From an uncultured Candidatus Micrarchaeota archaeon (lineage in GTDB: Archaea; Micrarchaeota; Micrarchaeia; Anstonellales; Bilamarchaeaceae), in assembly GCA_903828955.1 (NCBI GenBank), contig CAIKOA010000014.1, positions 6,359-70,358 of the forward strand: a stretch of DNA of 64,000 nucleotides, read 5' to 3'. The stretch's first letter is position 1. Every line of letters begins with the position of its first letter. Below the pieces are notes generated by a model. The model worked only from the letters and a program-made list of their open reading frames with translations. It made no database searches and was not told the DNA's origin. Shown piece by piece: positions 36,384 to 45,674 of the stretch. The translations under genes and the position numbers were made by a program.

Positions 36384-37673
36384 TCACCTATTTAGGAGTT
36401 CGTGCGCAACATCTTCCGCTTTCTCCAGCACCATTCCCTCATCCACAAATTCAATCTTCCCTTCCTTCATTACGAATTTCCCATCAATAATCATATCCGT
36501 AATGTTCGATGGATTAATCGAATATGCAATCATGCGCAAATCCGCCGGAAGCGGCTTCAGGTTAGCAGCCAACGCATCCACAATAACCAAGTCCGCAAGT
36601 TTTCCTTCCGAAATTTCTCCGGAGTGGATTCCAAGCGCCTTCGCCCCATTTAGAGTTGCAGAATCCCATGCATTCGCAACAGAGAACCTAGTAGGGTCCC
36701 AGTACTTATGCGATTGCAAAAGCAGGCTCATCTTCAGGCTTTCCAGCATATTCAATGAATTGTTGCTCGCCGGCCCGTCCGTTCCCAGGCAAACATTTGC
36801 GCCTTTTTCCATAAATTCAGAAATCGGGGCAATATCCCCAACCGCCAATTTCAGGGAACTCATCGGGCAGTGCGCAACGCTCACCCCGTTCTTTCCGGCA
36901 ATCTCAATCTCCTTTTTCGTAACCCAGCCCATGTGCGAAAATAAAGAAAGTGAATCCAAAACTCCCAATGATTCCAAATACTGCACAGGGCGCATTTTCT
37001 TCTCGGAAAGAAGAGTGAATACTTCTTCCCTAGTTTCGGATACGTGCATCTGGAAAAGCATTCCGTTCTCATTTGCAAGCTCCTTTCCCTTTTTCACAAG
37101 CTCTTCCGAGCACATGTACAAAGAATGCGCAGAAACAGAACCTTTAATGCGCGGATTTGCCTTTCCCAGTTCGCCGAGCATCTCCTTTGCCCTATTTAGT
37201 TCGCCTTCCAGGTTTCTTCCTTCAGGCTTGTCCATCATTCCGTAACCGAGCACTGCGCGCATCCCAATTTCTCCTGCCGCATCCGCCATCCTTTCCATCC
37301 CAACCGGATACATATCTGAAAAAGAGGTGGTTCCCGAGCGGATCATCTCAATCATTCCAAGAAGGCTTCCCCAGTAAATGTCCTCGGGTTTCAATTTTGC
37401 TTCCGCAGGCCAGATCTTCTCCGCAAGCCAGTTCTTCAATGGAAGCCCCTCCCCATATCCGCGGAGAAGCCCCATTGCGCAGTGCGTATGCGCATTCACA
37501 AGCCCCGGGAAGATTATTTTCCTGCTGCAATCAATCCTTTCCTCAATCCCTTCTGAAGAGATTCCTTCCCCGACCTGAACAATCTGGTTATCTTCTATTA
37601 GAATATCGCCGCGCAGAGTTTCCCGGTTTTCATTCTGGGTGATTATCCACGCGCCTTCCAGGAGAATTGACAT
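36384..37673 (-). CDS. mtaD: Amidohydrolase, 5'-methylthioadenosine/S-adenosylhomocysteine deaminase (MtaD/DadD)-like
   Basis: The metal-binding HTH motif (GLVNAHTHCAMG) and conserved downstream motifs. It lies next to ahcY-side methionine-cycle genes. Confidence 0.8.
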   Translation of the reverse strand: MSILLEGAWIITQNENRETLRGDILIEDNQIVQVGEGISSEGIEERIDCSRKIIFPGLVNAHTHCAMGLLRGYGEGLPLKNWLAEKIWPAEAKLKPEDIYWGSLLGMIEMIRSGTTSFSDMYPVGMERMADAAGEIGMRAVLGYGMMDKPEGRNLEGELNRAKEMLGELGKANPRIKGSVSAHSLYMCSEELVKKGKELANENGMLFQMHVSETREEVFTLLSEKKMRPVQYLESLGVLDSLSLFSHMGWVTKKEIEIAGKNGVSVAHCPMSSLKLAVGDIAPISEFMEKGANVCLGTDGPASNNSLNMLESLKMSLLLQSHKYWDPTRFSVANAWDSATLNGAKALGIHSGEISEGKLADLVIVDALAANLKPLPADLRMIAYSINPSNITDMIIDGKFVMKEGKIEFVDEGMVLEKAEDVAHELLNR

Positions 37674-37743
37674 GGAAGCGTTTTCGGAAGAAGGCTATAT
37701 AATGATTTTGAGAAGTTCTGAAAAAAGAAAAAGACTGCTGTTT

Positions 37744-37995
37744 TCAGCAGCCGGAAACAGTATTCACGTGCTCCACGTAGACTTCTATCGCTTCGGTCGC
37801 ATGCTTGAGCACTTCCTTTATGGAAACCCCCTGCGTGCGGCAGCCTGGCAGTTCCGGAACATGGGCGACATAAATCCCATTCCCGCCCTGCTCAATCACT
37901 ACGTCGTATTCCTTCAATCTTTTCCTGCCGTTCCTATCCACCGTTTCTATTCCCTGATTGGTATATTTTACGCTTTCCGGGATGTTTTTTTCCAT
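37744..37995 (-). CDS. hicB: HicB-family antitoxin (UPF0150/COG1598), second copy
   Basis: YVAHVPELPGCRTQGVSIKEVLKHATEAIE is 70-80% identical to HicB at 38397..38705. The start is set at MEKNIPESVKY because the promoter cassette is duplicated upstream of it. Confidence 0.7.
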   Translation of the reverse strand: MEKNIPESVKYTNQGIETVDRNGRKRLKEYDVVIEQGGNGIYVAHVPELPGCRTQGVSIKEVLKHATEAIEVYVEHVNTVSGC

Positions 37996-38022
37996 TGGCC
38001 TCACCACTAAAAGCATGCGGTT

Positions 38023-38073
38023 TTCAGGCTTATAAACAAAGGGAGGGGGTGGGTTTCCGGTGCTTCCGGTGAA
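38023..38073 (-). promoter_or_regulatory. Duplicated HicB promoter/operator cassette (TTTATAAGCC TATA box plus tandem CACCGGAA-GCACCGGAA), copy 2
   Basis: About 50 nt are near-identical to 38729-38780, positioned ~25-30 nt upstream of the hicB start. Confidence 0.55.
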
Positions 38074-38166
38074 TTTGCTCCAAAACAAATGACTTCTTTA
38101 CCCTTACAATTATAGATTTTATACGTTTTTTCCCAAAATGCAGGGGTAAGGACTGAAAGGGGCCGC

Positions 38167-38400
38167 TCATGCTTTTTTTAGCAATTCAAAATACTCCTCC
38201 CTTGAAATCCCAAGTTCCCTCAGGATTGTGCTAAGGAGCCCGACTCCAATCTCTTTGGAGGAATGAACCGGAACAACAACAATCCTTCCGGTTTCCTGAT
38301 TCTCCAGTATAACATGCGAGCCCTTCTGCCTTGCAGGGAAATAGCCAAGGAAGCCCAGCAATTTAATCAGCTTCTGCGGGCTTAACGGGGTGAGCTTCAT
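38167..38400 (-). CDS. hicA: HicA-family toxin (mRNA interferase, COG1724)
   Basis: KGSHVIL...VVVPVHSSKEIGVGLLSTILRELGI motif. Overlaps the upstream hicB by 4 nt. Confidence 0.75.
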   Translation of the reverse strand: MKLTPLSPQKLIKLLGFLGYFPARQKGSHVILENQETGRIVVVPVHSSKEIGVGLLSTILRELGISREEYFELLKKA

Positions 38401-38705
38401 GCGCTCGCAGCCCGCGGGACCGAAACCTTCTTTACGCTCACGAACTTCATCGGGTTCTCCACTTTGTTCTTGGAGTGCTCAAGGTAGAGTTCAATCGCTT
38501 CTGATGCGTGCTCAAGCACTTCCTTTATGGAGTCACCCTGCGTGTGGCAGCCCGGCAGTTCCGGAACATAGGCCACATATACCCCGTTCTCGTCCTGCTC
38601 AATGATTACGTCGTATTCTTTTACTTTTTTCCTGCCTTGCTTATCCACGGTTTCTATTCCCCAATTGGTATATTTAATGGTTTCTGGATTGTCCTTTTCC
38701 ATCAT
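38397..38705 (-). CDS. hicB: HicB-family antitoxin (UPF0150/COG1598), first copy, co-transcribed with hicA
   Basis: YVAYVPELPGCHTQGDSIKEVLEHASEAIELY matches HicB. Confidence 0.75.
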   Translation of the reverse strand: MMEKDNPETIKYTNWGIETVDKQGRKKVKEYDVIIEQDENGVYVAYVPELPGCHTQGDSIKEVLEHASEAIELYLEHSKNKVENPMKFVSVKKVSVPRAASA

Positions 38706-38728
38706 CTCACCATTGGAAATATGCGAAT

Positions 38729-38780
38729 TTCAGGCTTATAAACAAACGAAGGGGGTGGGTTTCCGGTGCTTCCGGTGAAA
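38729..38780 (-). promoter_or_regulatory. HicB promoter/operator cassette copy 1 (TATA box TTTATAAGCC ~26 nt upstream of ATG; tandem CACCGGAA repeats at the BRE/upstream position)
   Basis: Seen directly, and repeated at 38023-38073. Confidence 0.55.
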
Positions 38781-38828
38781 TCTCCGCCTCGCCGTTATTC
38801 TTTTATTGCTTGCCGAGGATAGAGGTAC

Positions 38829-39374
38829 ATGGAAAAACCAATCGCTTACATTCAATTGAAAGATGGAAGGGAGGCGGAAATCTCCTTCCTTTCCAAGAAA
38901 GATTCAACCCGCGAACTGAACCGCTTCATAAACGCCCTTGTTAAAGAGGAGGCGCCAATAATTGCCGGCAGCAGGGTTTCGCTGAAAGAAGAGCAGAAAT
39001 GGAAGGACAAAGAGCTTGCCGGCTTCAAGAGGGGAGAGCGTTTCCTCCTGATTGCAAAGGTGGATGGAAAAATCGTCGGGACCTCCGGAGCAATAAGGGA
39101 CCGGGGTAAATCCAAGGAGAATGTTTGCCTCGGGATTGCGCTTGCAGAGAAATGCCGCAGATTGGGTTTAGGCGGGGAATTGCTTAAACTCTGCATAAAG
39201 CTCTCAAAAAAATTCTTCAAGCCAAGGAACATCTACCTGGGGGTGCTTTCCTGCAACAAGCCCGCATATTCCATGTATAAAAAATTGGGCTTTAAGGAAT
39301 TCGCAAGGTTCCCAAAATGGATTATCCAGAAGGGAAACTACGTTGACCACATCTACATGAAGCTGCAAAAATAA
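38829..39374 (+). CDS. GNAT-family N-acetyltransferase
   Basis: Acetyl-CoA-binding motif A (CLGIALAEKCRRLGLGGELL) and YKKLGF motif. Confidence 0.75.
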   Translation: MEKPIAYIQLKDGREAEISFLSKKDSTRELNRFINALVKEEAPIIAGSRVSLKEEQKWKDKELAGFKRGERFLLIAKVDGKIVGTSGAIRDRGKSKENVCLGIALAEKCRRLGLGGELLKLCIKLSKKFFKPRNIYLGVLSCNKPAYSMYKKLGFKEFARFPKWIIQKGNYVDHIYMKLQK

Positions 39375-39443
39375 AACAGACAGCCTATTAATTCTTTTCA
39401 AATAAACTAAAAGCGGAAAACGCTTATTGAATGGTGAATAAAA

Positions 39444-40709
39444 ATGGACAAAGGAAAAAATTACGAAGTCAAGGACATCTCGCTTGCAGAGCAGGGAAAG
39501 ATGAACATAGACTGGGCAATCGCGCACATGCCCATAATGGGAAAGATTTCCGCCCGCTTCAAAAAGGAGCAGCCCTTCAAAGGACTCACAATAGGTTTAG
39601 CGCTCCACATAACCAAGGAAACCGCGGTCCTCGTGCACGCACTAAGGGACGGAGGCGCAAAGGTCGCAATAGCCGGCTGCAATCCGCTCTCTACCCAAGA
39701 CGATGTTGCCGCAGCGCTTGCCCAGGATGGATTTTCAGTTTATGGATACAAGGGCGAAACAACCGAAGACTATTACAGGTATATCGAAGGAGTTCTCGCA
39801 CAAGCGCCCCAGCTCACAATCGATGACGGAGGAGACCTCCTCACAATGATTCACACCAAGAAAACCGAATTGCTCAAAAACATGATTGGGGGCTGCGAGG
39901 AAACAACAACCGGAGTGATCCGCCTGCATGCAATGGCAAAGGATAACGCCCTCAAATATCCGGTAGTCGCGGTGAACGACAACAACACCAAGCATCTTCT
40001 GGATAATTACTACGGGACCGGGCAGTCCACACTGGATGGAATCATGCGCGCCTCCAACATCCTCTTTGCGGGAAAAACAGTAGTCGTTTCCGGCTACGGA
40101 GACTGCGGAAAAGGAGTTGCATTGAAGGCAAGCGGGCTCGGCGCAAGCATAATTGTCTGCGAAGTCAACCCGTTCCGCGCATTGCAGGCAGTCTACGATG
40201 GGTACAAGGTAATGCCGATAGAAGAAGCCGCAAAACTCGGGGACGTGTTCATCACGGTTACCGGGGACAAGCACGTGATCTCGCTTGAAAACATGAAGAA
40301 GATGAGGGATGGCGCGGTACTTGCTAATTCCGGGCACTTTGATTTGGAAATCGATGTCGCTTCCCTGCGGAAAGCGGCGCAGAAAACCAGGCAAATGAGG
40401 CCATCGCTCGAAGAATTCACACTAGGAGGAAAGAGGCTATACCTCTGCGCAGGGGGAAGGCTCGTAAACCTCGGGGCAGCCGAAGGCCACCCGTCCGAAG
40501 TGATGGCAACCTCTTTTGCGGGGCAATCGCTTGCGTGCGAATACCTCGTAAAAAATAAGGGCAAGCTGGGCAACAAGGTAATCACGCTTCCAGATGAAAT
40601 CGACCAGACTATCGCGGCAATGCAGATAGAGGCGCTGGGCGTGAAAATAGACAAATTAACAGCCGAGCAGGAGGCATACCTCCACAGCTGGAAGGAAGGT
40701 ACGTCTTAA
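39444..40709 (+). CDS. ahcY: S-adenosyl-L-homocysteine hydrolase
   Basis: NAD-binding GYGDCGKG and conserved AdoHcyase domains, ~420 aa archaeal form. Confidence 0.92.
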   Translation: MDKGKNYEVKDISLAEQGKMNIDWAIAHMPIMGKISARFKKEQPFKGLTIGLALHITKETAVLVHALRDGGAKVAIAGCNPLSTQDDVAAALAQDGFSVYGYKGETTEDYYRYIEGVLAQAPQLTIDDGGDLLTMIHTKKTELLKNMIGGCEETTTGVIRLHAMAKDNALKYPVVAVNDNNTKHLLDNYYGTGQSTLDGIMRASNILFAGKTVVVSGYGDCGKGVALKASGLGASIIVCEVNPFRALQAVYDGYKVMPIEEAAKLGDVFITVTGDKHVISLENMKKMRDGAVLANSGHFDLEIDVASLRKAAQKTRQMRPSLEEFTLGGKRLYLCAGGRLVNLGAAEGHPSEVMATSFAGQSLACEYLVKNKGKLGNKVITLPDEIDQTIAAMQIEALGVKIDKLTAEQEAYLHSWKEGTS

Positions 40710-40759
40710 GACGGTATTTTTAAACCTTCTCTCCTTAATCCAATATTATATTCGGTGAA

Positions 40760-41164
40760 TTGATGGATTATGATTCCTTATTGGAAAACGCATATGCGCA
40801 GCTCCCAGACAAATTGAAGGGCGGGGAGCGCTTTGAAATACCCGTTCTTGACGCATTCGTGGAAGGAAACAAGACGATAATAAAGAATTTCAACGCGGTC
40901 CTCCAGAAAATAAGGAGGGACCCGGAGCACTTGCTGAAATTCTTTACAAAGGAGTTCGCCTCCCCCGCAGGGATGGAAGGCGACAGGCTGATCATCCACA
41001 GGAAACTGCGCGTGGACGTCCTGAACAAGAAATTCGTGGAATACGTTAACACTTTCGTAATATGCCCGCAATGCAGCAAGCCGGATACGCATCTGGAGGG
41101 CACGGGGCAGAGGAGCAAAATTCTCGTCTGCGAAGCATGCGGAGCAAGGAGTTCGGTTAAATGA
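40760..41164 (+). CDS. eif2b: Translation initiation factor 2 beta subunit (aIF2-beta)
   Basis: C-terminal C4 zinc ribbon CPQC...CEAC and conserved aIF2beta core. Confidence 0.85.
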   Translation: MMDYDSLLENAYAQLPDKLKGGERFEIPVLDAFVEGNKTIIKNFNAVLQKIRRDPEHLLKFFTKEFASPAGMEGDRLIIHRKLRVDVLNKKFVEYVNTFVICPQCSKPDTHLEGTGQRSKILVCEACGARSSVK

Positions 41165-41526
41165 ATGGATATCGTGGTCATGGCGGAGGAGGCGGCTATC
41201 GCGGCGGTTATAGGAAACCCAGAGGCGCAGCAGGCGGCTCCCCGGACCAGATTCAGAGGGTACGCCTTCCAAGAAGGGAGGAGCTTTTAGGGGTAATCAC
41301 CGCAGTTGTTGGAGGGGGAAGGATGACCGTCCTCTGCAACGATGGAAGAGAAAGGATGTGCAGGATTCCAGGCAAGCTCAAGAAGAAAATATGGGTAAAG
41401 GAAGGCGACGCAGTTGCAGTAATCCCATGGGTAATACAAGGGGAACAGAAAGCGGATGTCGCCTGGAGATATGCTCCCAACGAGAAAAAGTGGCTTGTTG
41501 AGAAAGGTTATCTCAAGGTAGGATAA
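41161..41526 (+). CDS. eif1a: Translation initiation factor 1A (aIF1A) with unusual Gly/Arg/Tyr-rich N-terminal extension
   Basis: S1-like OB fold (GRMTVLCNDGRERMCRIPGKLKKKIWVKEGD). Overlaps aIF2beta by 4 nt. Confidence 0.8.
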   Translation: MNGYRGHGGGGGYRGGYRKPRGAAGGSPDQIQRVRLPRREELLGVITAVVGGGRMTVLCNDGRERMCRIPGKLKKKIWVKEGDAVAVIPWVIQGEQKADVAWRYAPNEKKWLVEKGYLKVG

Positions 41527-42264
41527 ATGGTTAAGAGGCCCGACCGCGATCACTTTTTGCTTAAGGAAAGATTTAAGTTGGAGAGCGAAGTCTTTGACAA
41601 GCAGACTCTCATGCTTCTCTCAAGCCTGATGAGCAAGGGGACAATCAACAACATGGATTACCCGATTTCTACAGGGAAGGAAGCGAATGTTTTCCGCGCA
41701 ACAACCCCCTCCGGCTCGCTTTTAGCGGTTAAAATCTACAAAATAGAAACCACTCATTTCATGAACCGAAAAGAATACATGATAGGGGACCCGCGCTTCA
41801 AGAAATTCCGGAGAAACGAGCGCGATCTGGTCAATGCGTTTGCCCAGAAGGAATTCAAGAACCTGCAGATTTGCGAGGAGGCCGGCGTGCATGCGCCAAA
41901 GCCGCTCCTCCAGGTAAAGAACATACTCGTAATGGAGTTCCTAGGGGAGGAAGGGCTTCCCTATACCCCGCTGAATACCCTTGGCCCGGAATCCATCGAC
42001 CAATTGAAATCCATTCTCACAGACTTAAGAAAGATGTACAAGGCAGGGCTTGTGCACGCAGACATCAGCGAATACAATGTCCTGGTTGGCCCGGTCCCAT
42101 ACCTTATTGATTTCGGGCAGGGAGTCGTCCTCTCTCACCCGAACTCGGAAAAATACCTGGAAAGGGATGTGCGCAACATCCTGAACTATTTCTCAAGGTA
42201 TGGGTTCGAGATAGAAATAAACAAGGCCCTCAGATATGTAAAAGGGGAAGAAAAGAAAATATAA
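41527..42264 (+). CDS. rio1: RIO-type serine/threonine protein kinase (Rio1)
   Basis: ISTGKEANVF, catalytic LVHADISEYNVLV, DFGQ; canonical aIF1A-Rio1 linkage. Confidence 0.85.
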   Translation: MVKRPDRDHFLLKERFKLESEVFDKQTLMLLSSLMSKGTINNMDYPISTGKEANVFRATTPSGSLLAVKIYKIETTHFMNRKEYMIGDPRFKKFRRNERDLVNAFAQKEFKNLQICEEAGVHAPKPLLQVKNILVMEFLGEEGLPYTPLNTLGPESIDQLKSILTDLRKMYKAGLVHADISEYNVLVGPVPYLIDFGQGVVLSHPNSEKYLERDVRNILNYFSRYGFEIEINKALRYVKGEEKKI

Positions 42265-42265
42265 T

Positions 42266-44077
42266 TCACATCTTGTCCGGAATCGGAACCCCTAAAATTC
42301 CCAATCCCTTGGAAAGTACGCTCTCAAATCCGCGGACCATCGCAAGGCGGGTTTGCGCAATCTCTTTAGTTTCCGCATCCAGAACCCTATTAGTTGTGTA
42401 AAATTTGCTGAATAGGTTCGAAAGATTGTATAAGTAAGAAGAAACAAGGTGCGGCTTCATCTTCTCCGCGGCAGCGTCCACCATTTCCGGGAAGGAAGCG
42501 AGCTCCAGAATAAGCTCCCTCTCTGCCGGATTGAACTCATGCATTCCCGCCTGCGGAAGGAATTCCGCCTTCTCCATTATTCTTTTTGCGCGCACGCATG
42601 CATACTGCAGATACGGGCCGGAATCCCCTTCCATTGAGAGCACCTCATCCCATTTGAAGATGAGCTTCTTTTCAGGGGCAATCTTCAGGAACGCATACCT
42701 TATCGCCCCAATCGCTACTTTGGAAGCAATTTCCTTTTTATCCTTTTCCGAGAATTCCAGTTTTACCTTCTCTTCCGCCCTCTTTTTCCCTTCCTCAACC
42801 AATTCATCAGTGGTATACCCTAGCCAGGTCCCCTTTCTTCCTGAGAATTTCGCTTCCGGAAGCCAGGCGTGCTCATAGGCGAGGTGCACCGAGTTATCGG
42901 ACTCATCCTTTAGCCCGAGGCAATCCAATACGTGCTTAATCACTTCCTGCGGGTACTTCTGCTCAACCCCGATTACGTTCACTACGATTTCCGCTTTCCC
43001 GAAATCCATTCCGTTTCCTTTTGCGGAAGTTATGTATGCGGTTTCCCCATTGGGTTGCGCAATGAATTTCGAATAGAAGAAGTTTCCGTGCAGTTTCCCG
43101 AATTTCCAGAGCTGGAAAATCACGTCCTTTCCAGTGTAAGTTGCGGTTCCATTGCTTCTAATGAGGATTTTATCCGGGTCTTCCATCCCCTTCATTTTTT
43201 CTCCTAAGCATACTAACCAGCAGCCGGTATTCTTCCCTTCTTTTTCCAGTTCAACCGCGCCGCTAGATCTTAGCCAGCCCATCCCCTCAGCAAATATTTC
43301 CCGAAGGACATCGCTCTCGCAAATCAATGCATCATGGTAAATTCCGAATTCAAAAGCTGTCTGGTATTGCGCCTTAACGCATTCTTCTGCGAGCCAGCGG
43401 GCTTTTCGCGCAACCTCGTTATCCCCTTCCTCCATTTCGTGGAGCAATCCTTCAGCAAACTTCACGGTTTCAGGATCCCTCTCCATCCTTTCGGAAACTT
43501 CCACGTACTCCCCGCCAAGCCAGTGGTCGAATTTCCCTTCAGGCTTTTTGCCAAGGTTGTCGAATCCCCATAAACTTTGAGCAACCTGCAAGCCCAAATC
43601 ATCAATATAGTCAATTCTCTGCACCTTGTCCCCTGCAAATTCCAGCAGGTTTGCAACCGAATCCCCCATCAATGCATTTCTAAGATGCCCGACATGCCAT
43701 GGCTTGTTCGGGTTTACCGAAGGGAATTCAATGATCACTCTTTTTCCCCGTCTTCCCTTTCCGTAATTGGGCCCATCCTCAAGAATCCTCTCAATCGCCG
43801 CGGAATAGAACGCATCCGAGAAGAAGAAATTCAGGTAAGGCCCGTTTGCCTCGATTTTCTCTATCCATTCGTGAGGCTTGATTTTTTTGGAAAGCTCGTG
43901 CGCAAGCGCCCCCGGGCTAGTTTTCCTCTCCTTTGCGAGAATGAAGCCTATCTTGGATGCGAGGTCCCCGTGCCCCTTCTCTTCAGTAGGTTCCAGGGAA
44001 GCAAGGCAAACGTCCTGAGGAGCTCCGCTTGCTTCGGACAGAATACGTGCAATTTCGTTCTTAGCTAGTCTAATCAT
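42266..44077 (-). CDS. argS: Arginyl-tRNA synthetase
   Basis: Class I HVGH motif (PNKPWHVGHLRNA) and ArgRS N/C domains. Confidence 0.9.
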   Translation of the reverse strand: MIRLAKNEIARILSEASGAPQDVCLASLEPTEEKGHGDLASKIGFILAKERKTSPGALAHELSKKIKPHEWIEKIEANGPYLNFFFSDAFYSAAIERILEDGPNYGKGRRGKRVIIEFPSVNPNKPWHVGHLRNALMGDSVANLLEFAGDKVQRIDYIDDLGLQVAQSLWGFDNLGKKPEGKFDHWLGGEYVEVSERMERDPETVKFAEGLLHEMEEGDNEVARKARWLAEECVKAQYQTAFEFGIYHDALICESDVLREIFAEGMGWLRSSGAVELEKEGKNTGCWLVCLGEKMKGMEDPDKILIRSNGTATYTGKDVIFQLWKFGKLHGNFFYSKFIAQPNGETAYITSAKGNGMDFGKAEIVVNVIGVEQKYPQEVIKHVLDCLGLKDESDNSVHLAYEHAWLPEAKFSGRKGTWLGYTTDELVEEGKKRAEEKVKLEFSEKDKKEIASKVAIGAIRYAFLKIAPEKKLIFKWDEVLSMEGDSGPYLQYACVRAKRIMEKAEFLPQAGMHEFNPAERELILELASFPEMVDAAAEKMKPHLVSSYLYNLSNLFSKFYTTNRVLDAETKEIAQTRLAMVRGFESVLSKGLGILGVPIPDKM

Positions 44078-44174
44078 GCAGGGGAATTAGAAGATAATAA
44101 ATAAAAAGAAGAATGATGGGTTTTTTGCCCGCTTGCTCGATCTCTTCTACAGAGTAGTTTGTGAAGAAACACAT

Positions 44175-44582
44175 TTACGCTGGAGTTCTCCTGATCGAGG
44201 CAATCTCTTCCCGTATCCGCGCGAGTTGCCTGCTTTCCAAGATAACCTGTATCACTCCGTATACTGCAGTGACTGCTCCGCCAACGGCGAACAACACCCC
44301 GGCCACCTCGCTCTCCAATGCAAAACCGGTTACAGAACAGGCTGCCGCGATTCCAACGACTTCGGCTGTTTCTGTCAGGCCGCTTTTTCTTTTATCCAGA
44401 ATGGCATCCCTCTTCTCTCTCAGGGGAGCGGTCTTTTCTGCGAGCGGACCGATTTCCATCATCCTATCCTTGACTTGGGCCCAGTGCCTTTCCCTCGCCT
44501 TTGCATTAGCCAGTGCTCTGGCCCGGAAATCCTCCAGAATAGTGTTTTTGTAAGAAACAGCCCTATGCATACCTGTCTTCAT
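44175..44582 (-). CDS. Hypothetical small protein with C-terminal hydrophobic hairpin
   Basis: ORF track. Confidence 0.4.
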   Translation of the reverse strand: MKTGMHRAVSYKNTILEDFRARALANAKARERHWAQVKDRMMEIGPLAEKTAPLREKRDAILDKRKSGLTETAEVVGIAAACSVTGFALESEVAGVLFAVGGAVTAVYGVIQVILESRQLARIREEIASIRRTPA

Positions 44583-44689
44583 AAGTAAATATATGCAAAG
44601 AACTCCTTTTAATTGTTTCTAAAAATGGAAAAAAGAGAAAAAGGGCATATCCTGTCAAAGAGTAGCGCATGTGCCGCCTTCGGCGTGCA

Positions 44690-45625
44690 CTACTCTTTGC
44701 CACCCATCAGTTCCAATAATATCGCGTTCTGCGCCCAGAGCCGGTTTTCCGCCTCGTCGAAAACAACGGACTGCTTTCCATCGATGACTCCGGCAGTAAC
44801 TTCTTCCCCTCTGTGCGCGGGCAGGCAGTGCATGAAGATCGCATCCGGCTTTGCCAGTTTAAAGAGCGCCTCGTTCACCTGGTAATTCTTCAATTCCGAA
44901 AGCCTCTTTGCCTTCTCTTCGTCCTGCCCCATGCTTACCCAAACATCCGTATAAATCACGTCCGCGCCCACAACCGCCTTCTTCGGGTCGTGCTCAATCG
45001 TAATCTTTCCGACAGCCTGCTTTTTCGCAGCCTCCAGAATCGGAGCCTTCGGGTTATAGCTCTCAATGTTCGGGCAGGAGCCAACCACGTCCGCACCAAG
45101 CTTGGAAAATCCAATCATTGTTGAGTGGAACATGTTGAATCCACAGTCCCCCAAATAAACGACCTTAAGCCCCGCAATCTTTCCCTTCTTTTCTTTCACC
45201 GTAAGCATATCCGCCATTGTCTGGCAGGGGTGGTGCATGTCCGTTAAAGCGTTAATCACCGGAACGGTCGCATACTTCGCCATCTCCTCAATATCTTTAT
45301 GATCGTTTAAGCGCGCCATTATCCCTTCCACATACCTGCTCATTGTGCGCGCAGTGTCCGCAACCGTTTCCCCGCGCCCGAGTTGCGTATTCTTCATATC
45401 CAGGAACATCCCGTGCCCGCCTAAGCGCGTCATTCCCGCCTCGAAGCTCATCCTCGTACGAGTAGATGATTTCTGGAAAAGCATCGCAAGAGTTTTCCCG
45501 TTCAGGTTCCTCTTCTCCTGCCCCTTCTTCATTTTGAGCGCGAGCTCCAGAAGATATTCCAACTCTTCCCTGCTGTAGTCCAGCATTGTGAGGAAGTGCC
45601 TGCCCTTAAATTTCATGGTTGCCAT
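44690..45625 (-). CDS. argF: Ornithine carbamoyltransferase
   Basis: STRTR carbamoyl-phosphate motif and HCLP (OTCase-type) motif. The start is placed at MATMKFKGRHF. Confidence 0.85.
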   Translation of the reverse strand: MATMKFKGRHFLTMLDYSREELEYLLELALKMKKGQEKRNLNGKTLAMLFQKSSTRTRMSFEAGMTRLGGHGMFLDMKNTQLGRGETVADTARTMSRYVEGIMARLNDHKDIEEMAKYATVPVINALTDMHHPCQTMADMLTVKEKKGKIAGLKVVYLGDCGFNMFHSTMIGFSKLGADVVGSCPNIESYNPKAPILEAAKKQAVGKITIEHDPKKAVVGADVIYTDVWVSMGQDEEKAKRLSELKNYQVNEALFKLAKPDAIFMHCLPAHRGEEVTAGVIDGKQSVVFDEAENRLWAQNAILLELMGGKE

Positions 45626-45674
45626 TTCATCCCACCTTTTTACCCTTTTCTTTGTTCCCACAATTTAAAAAACT

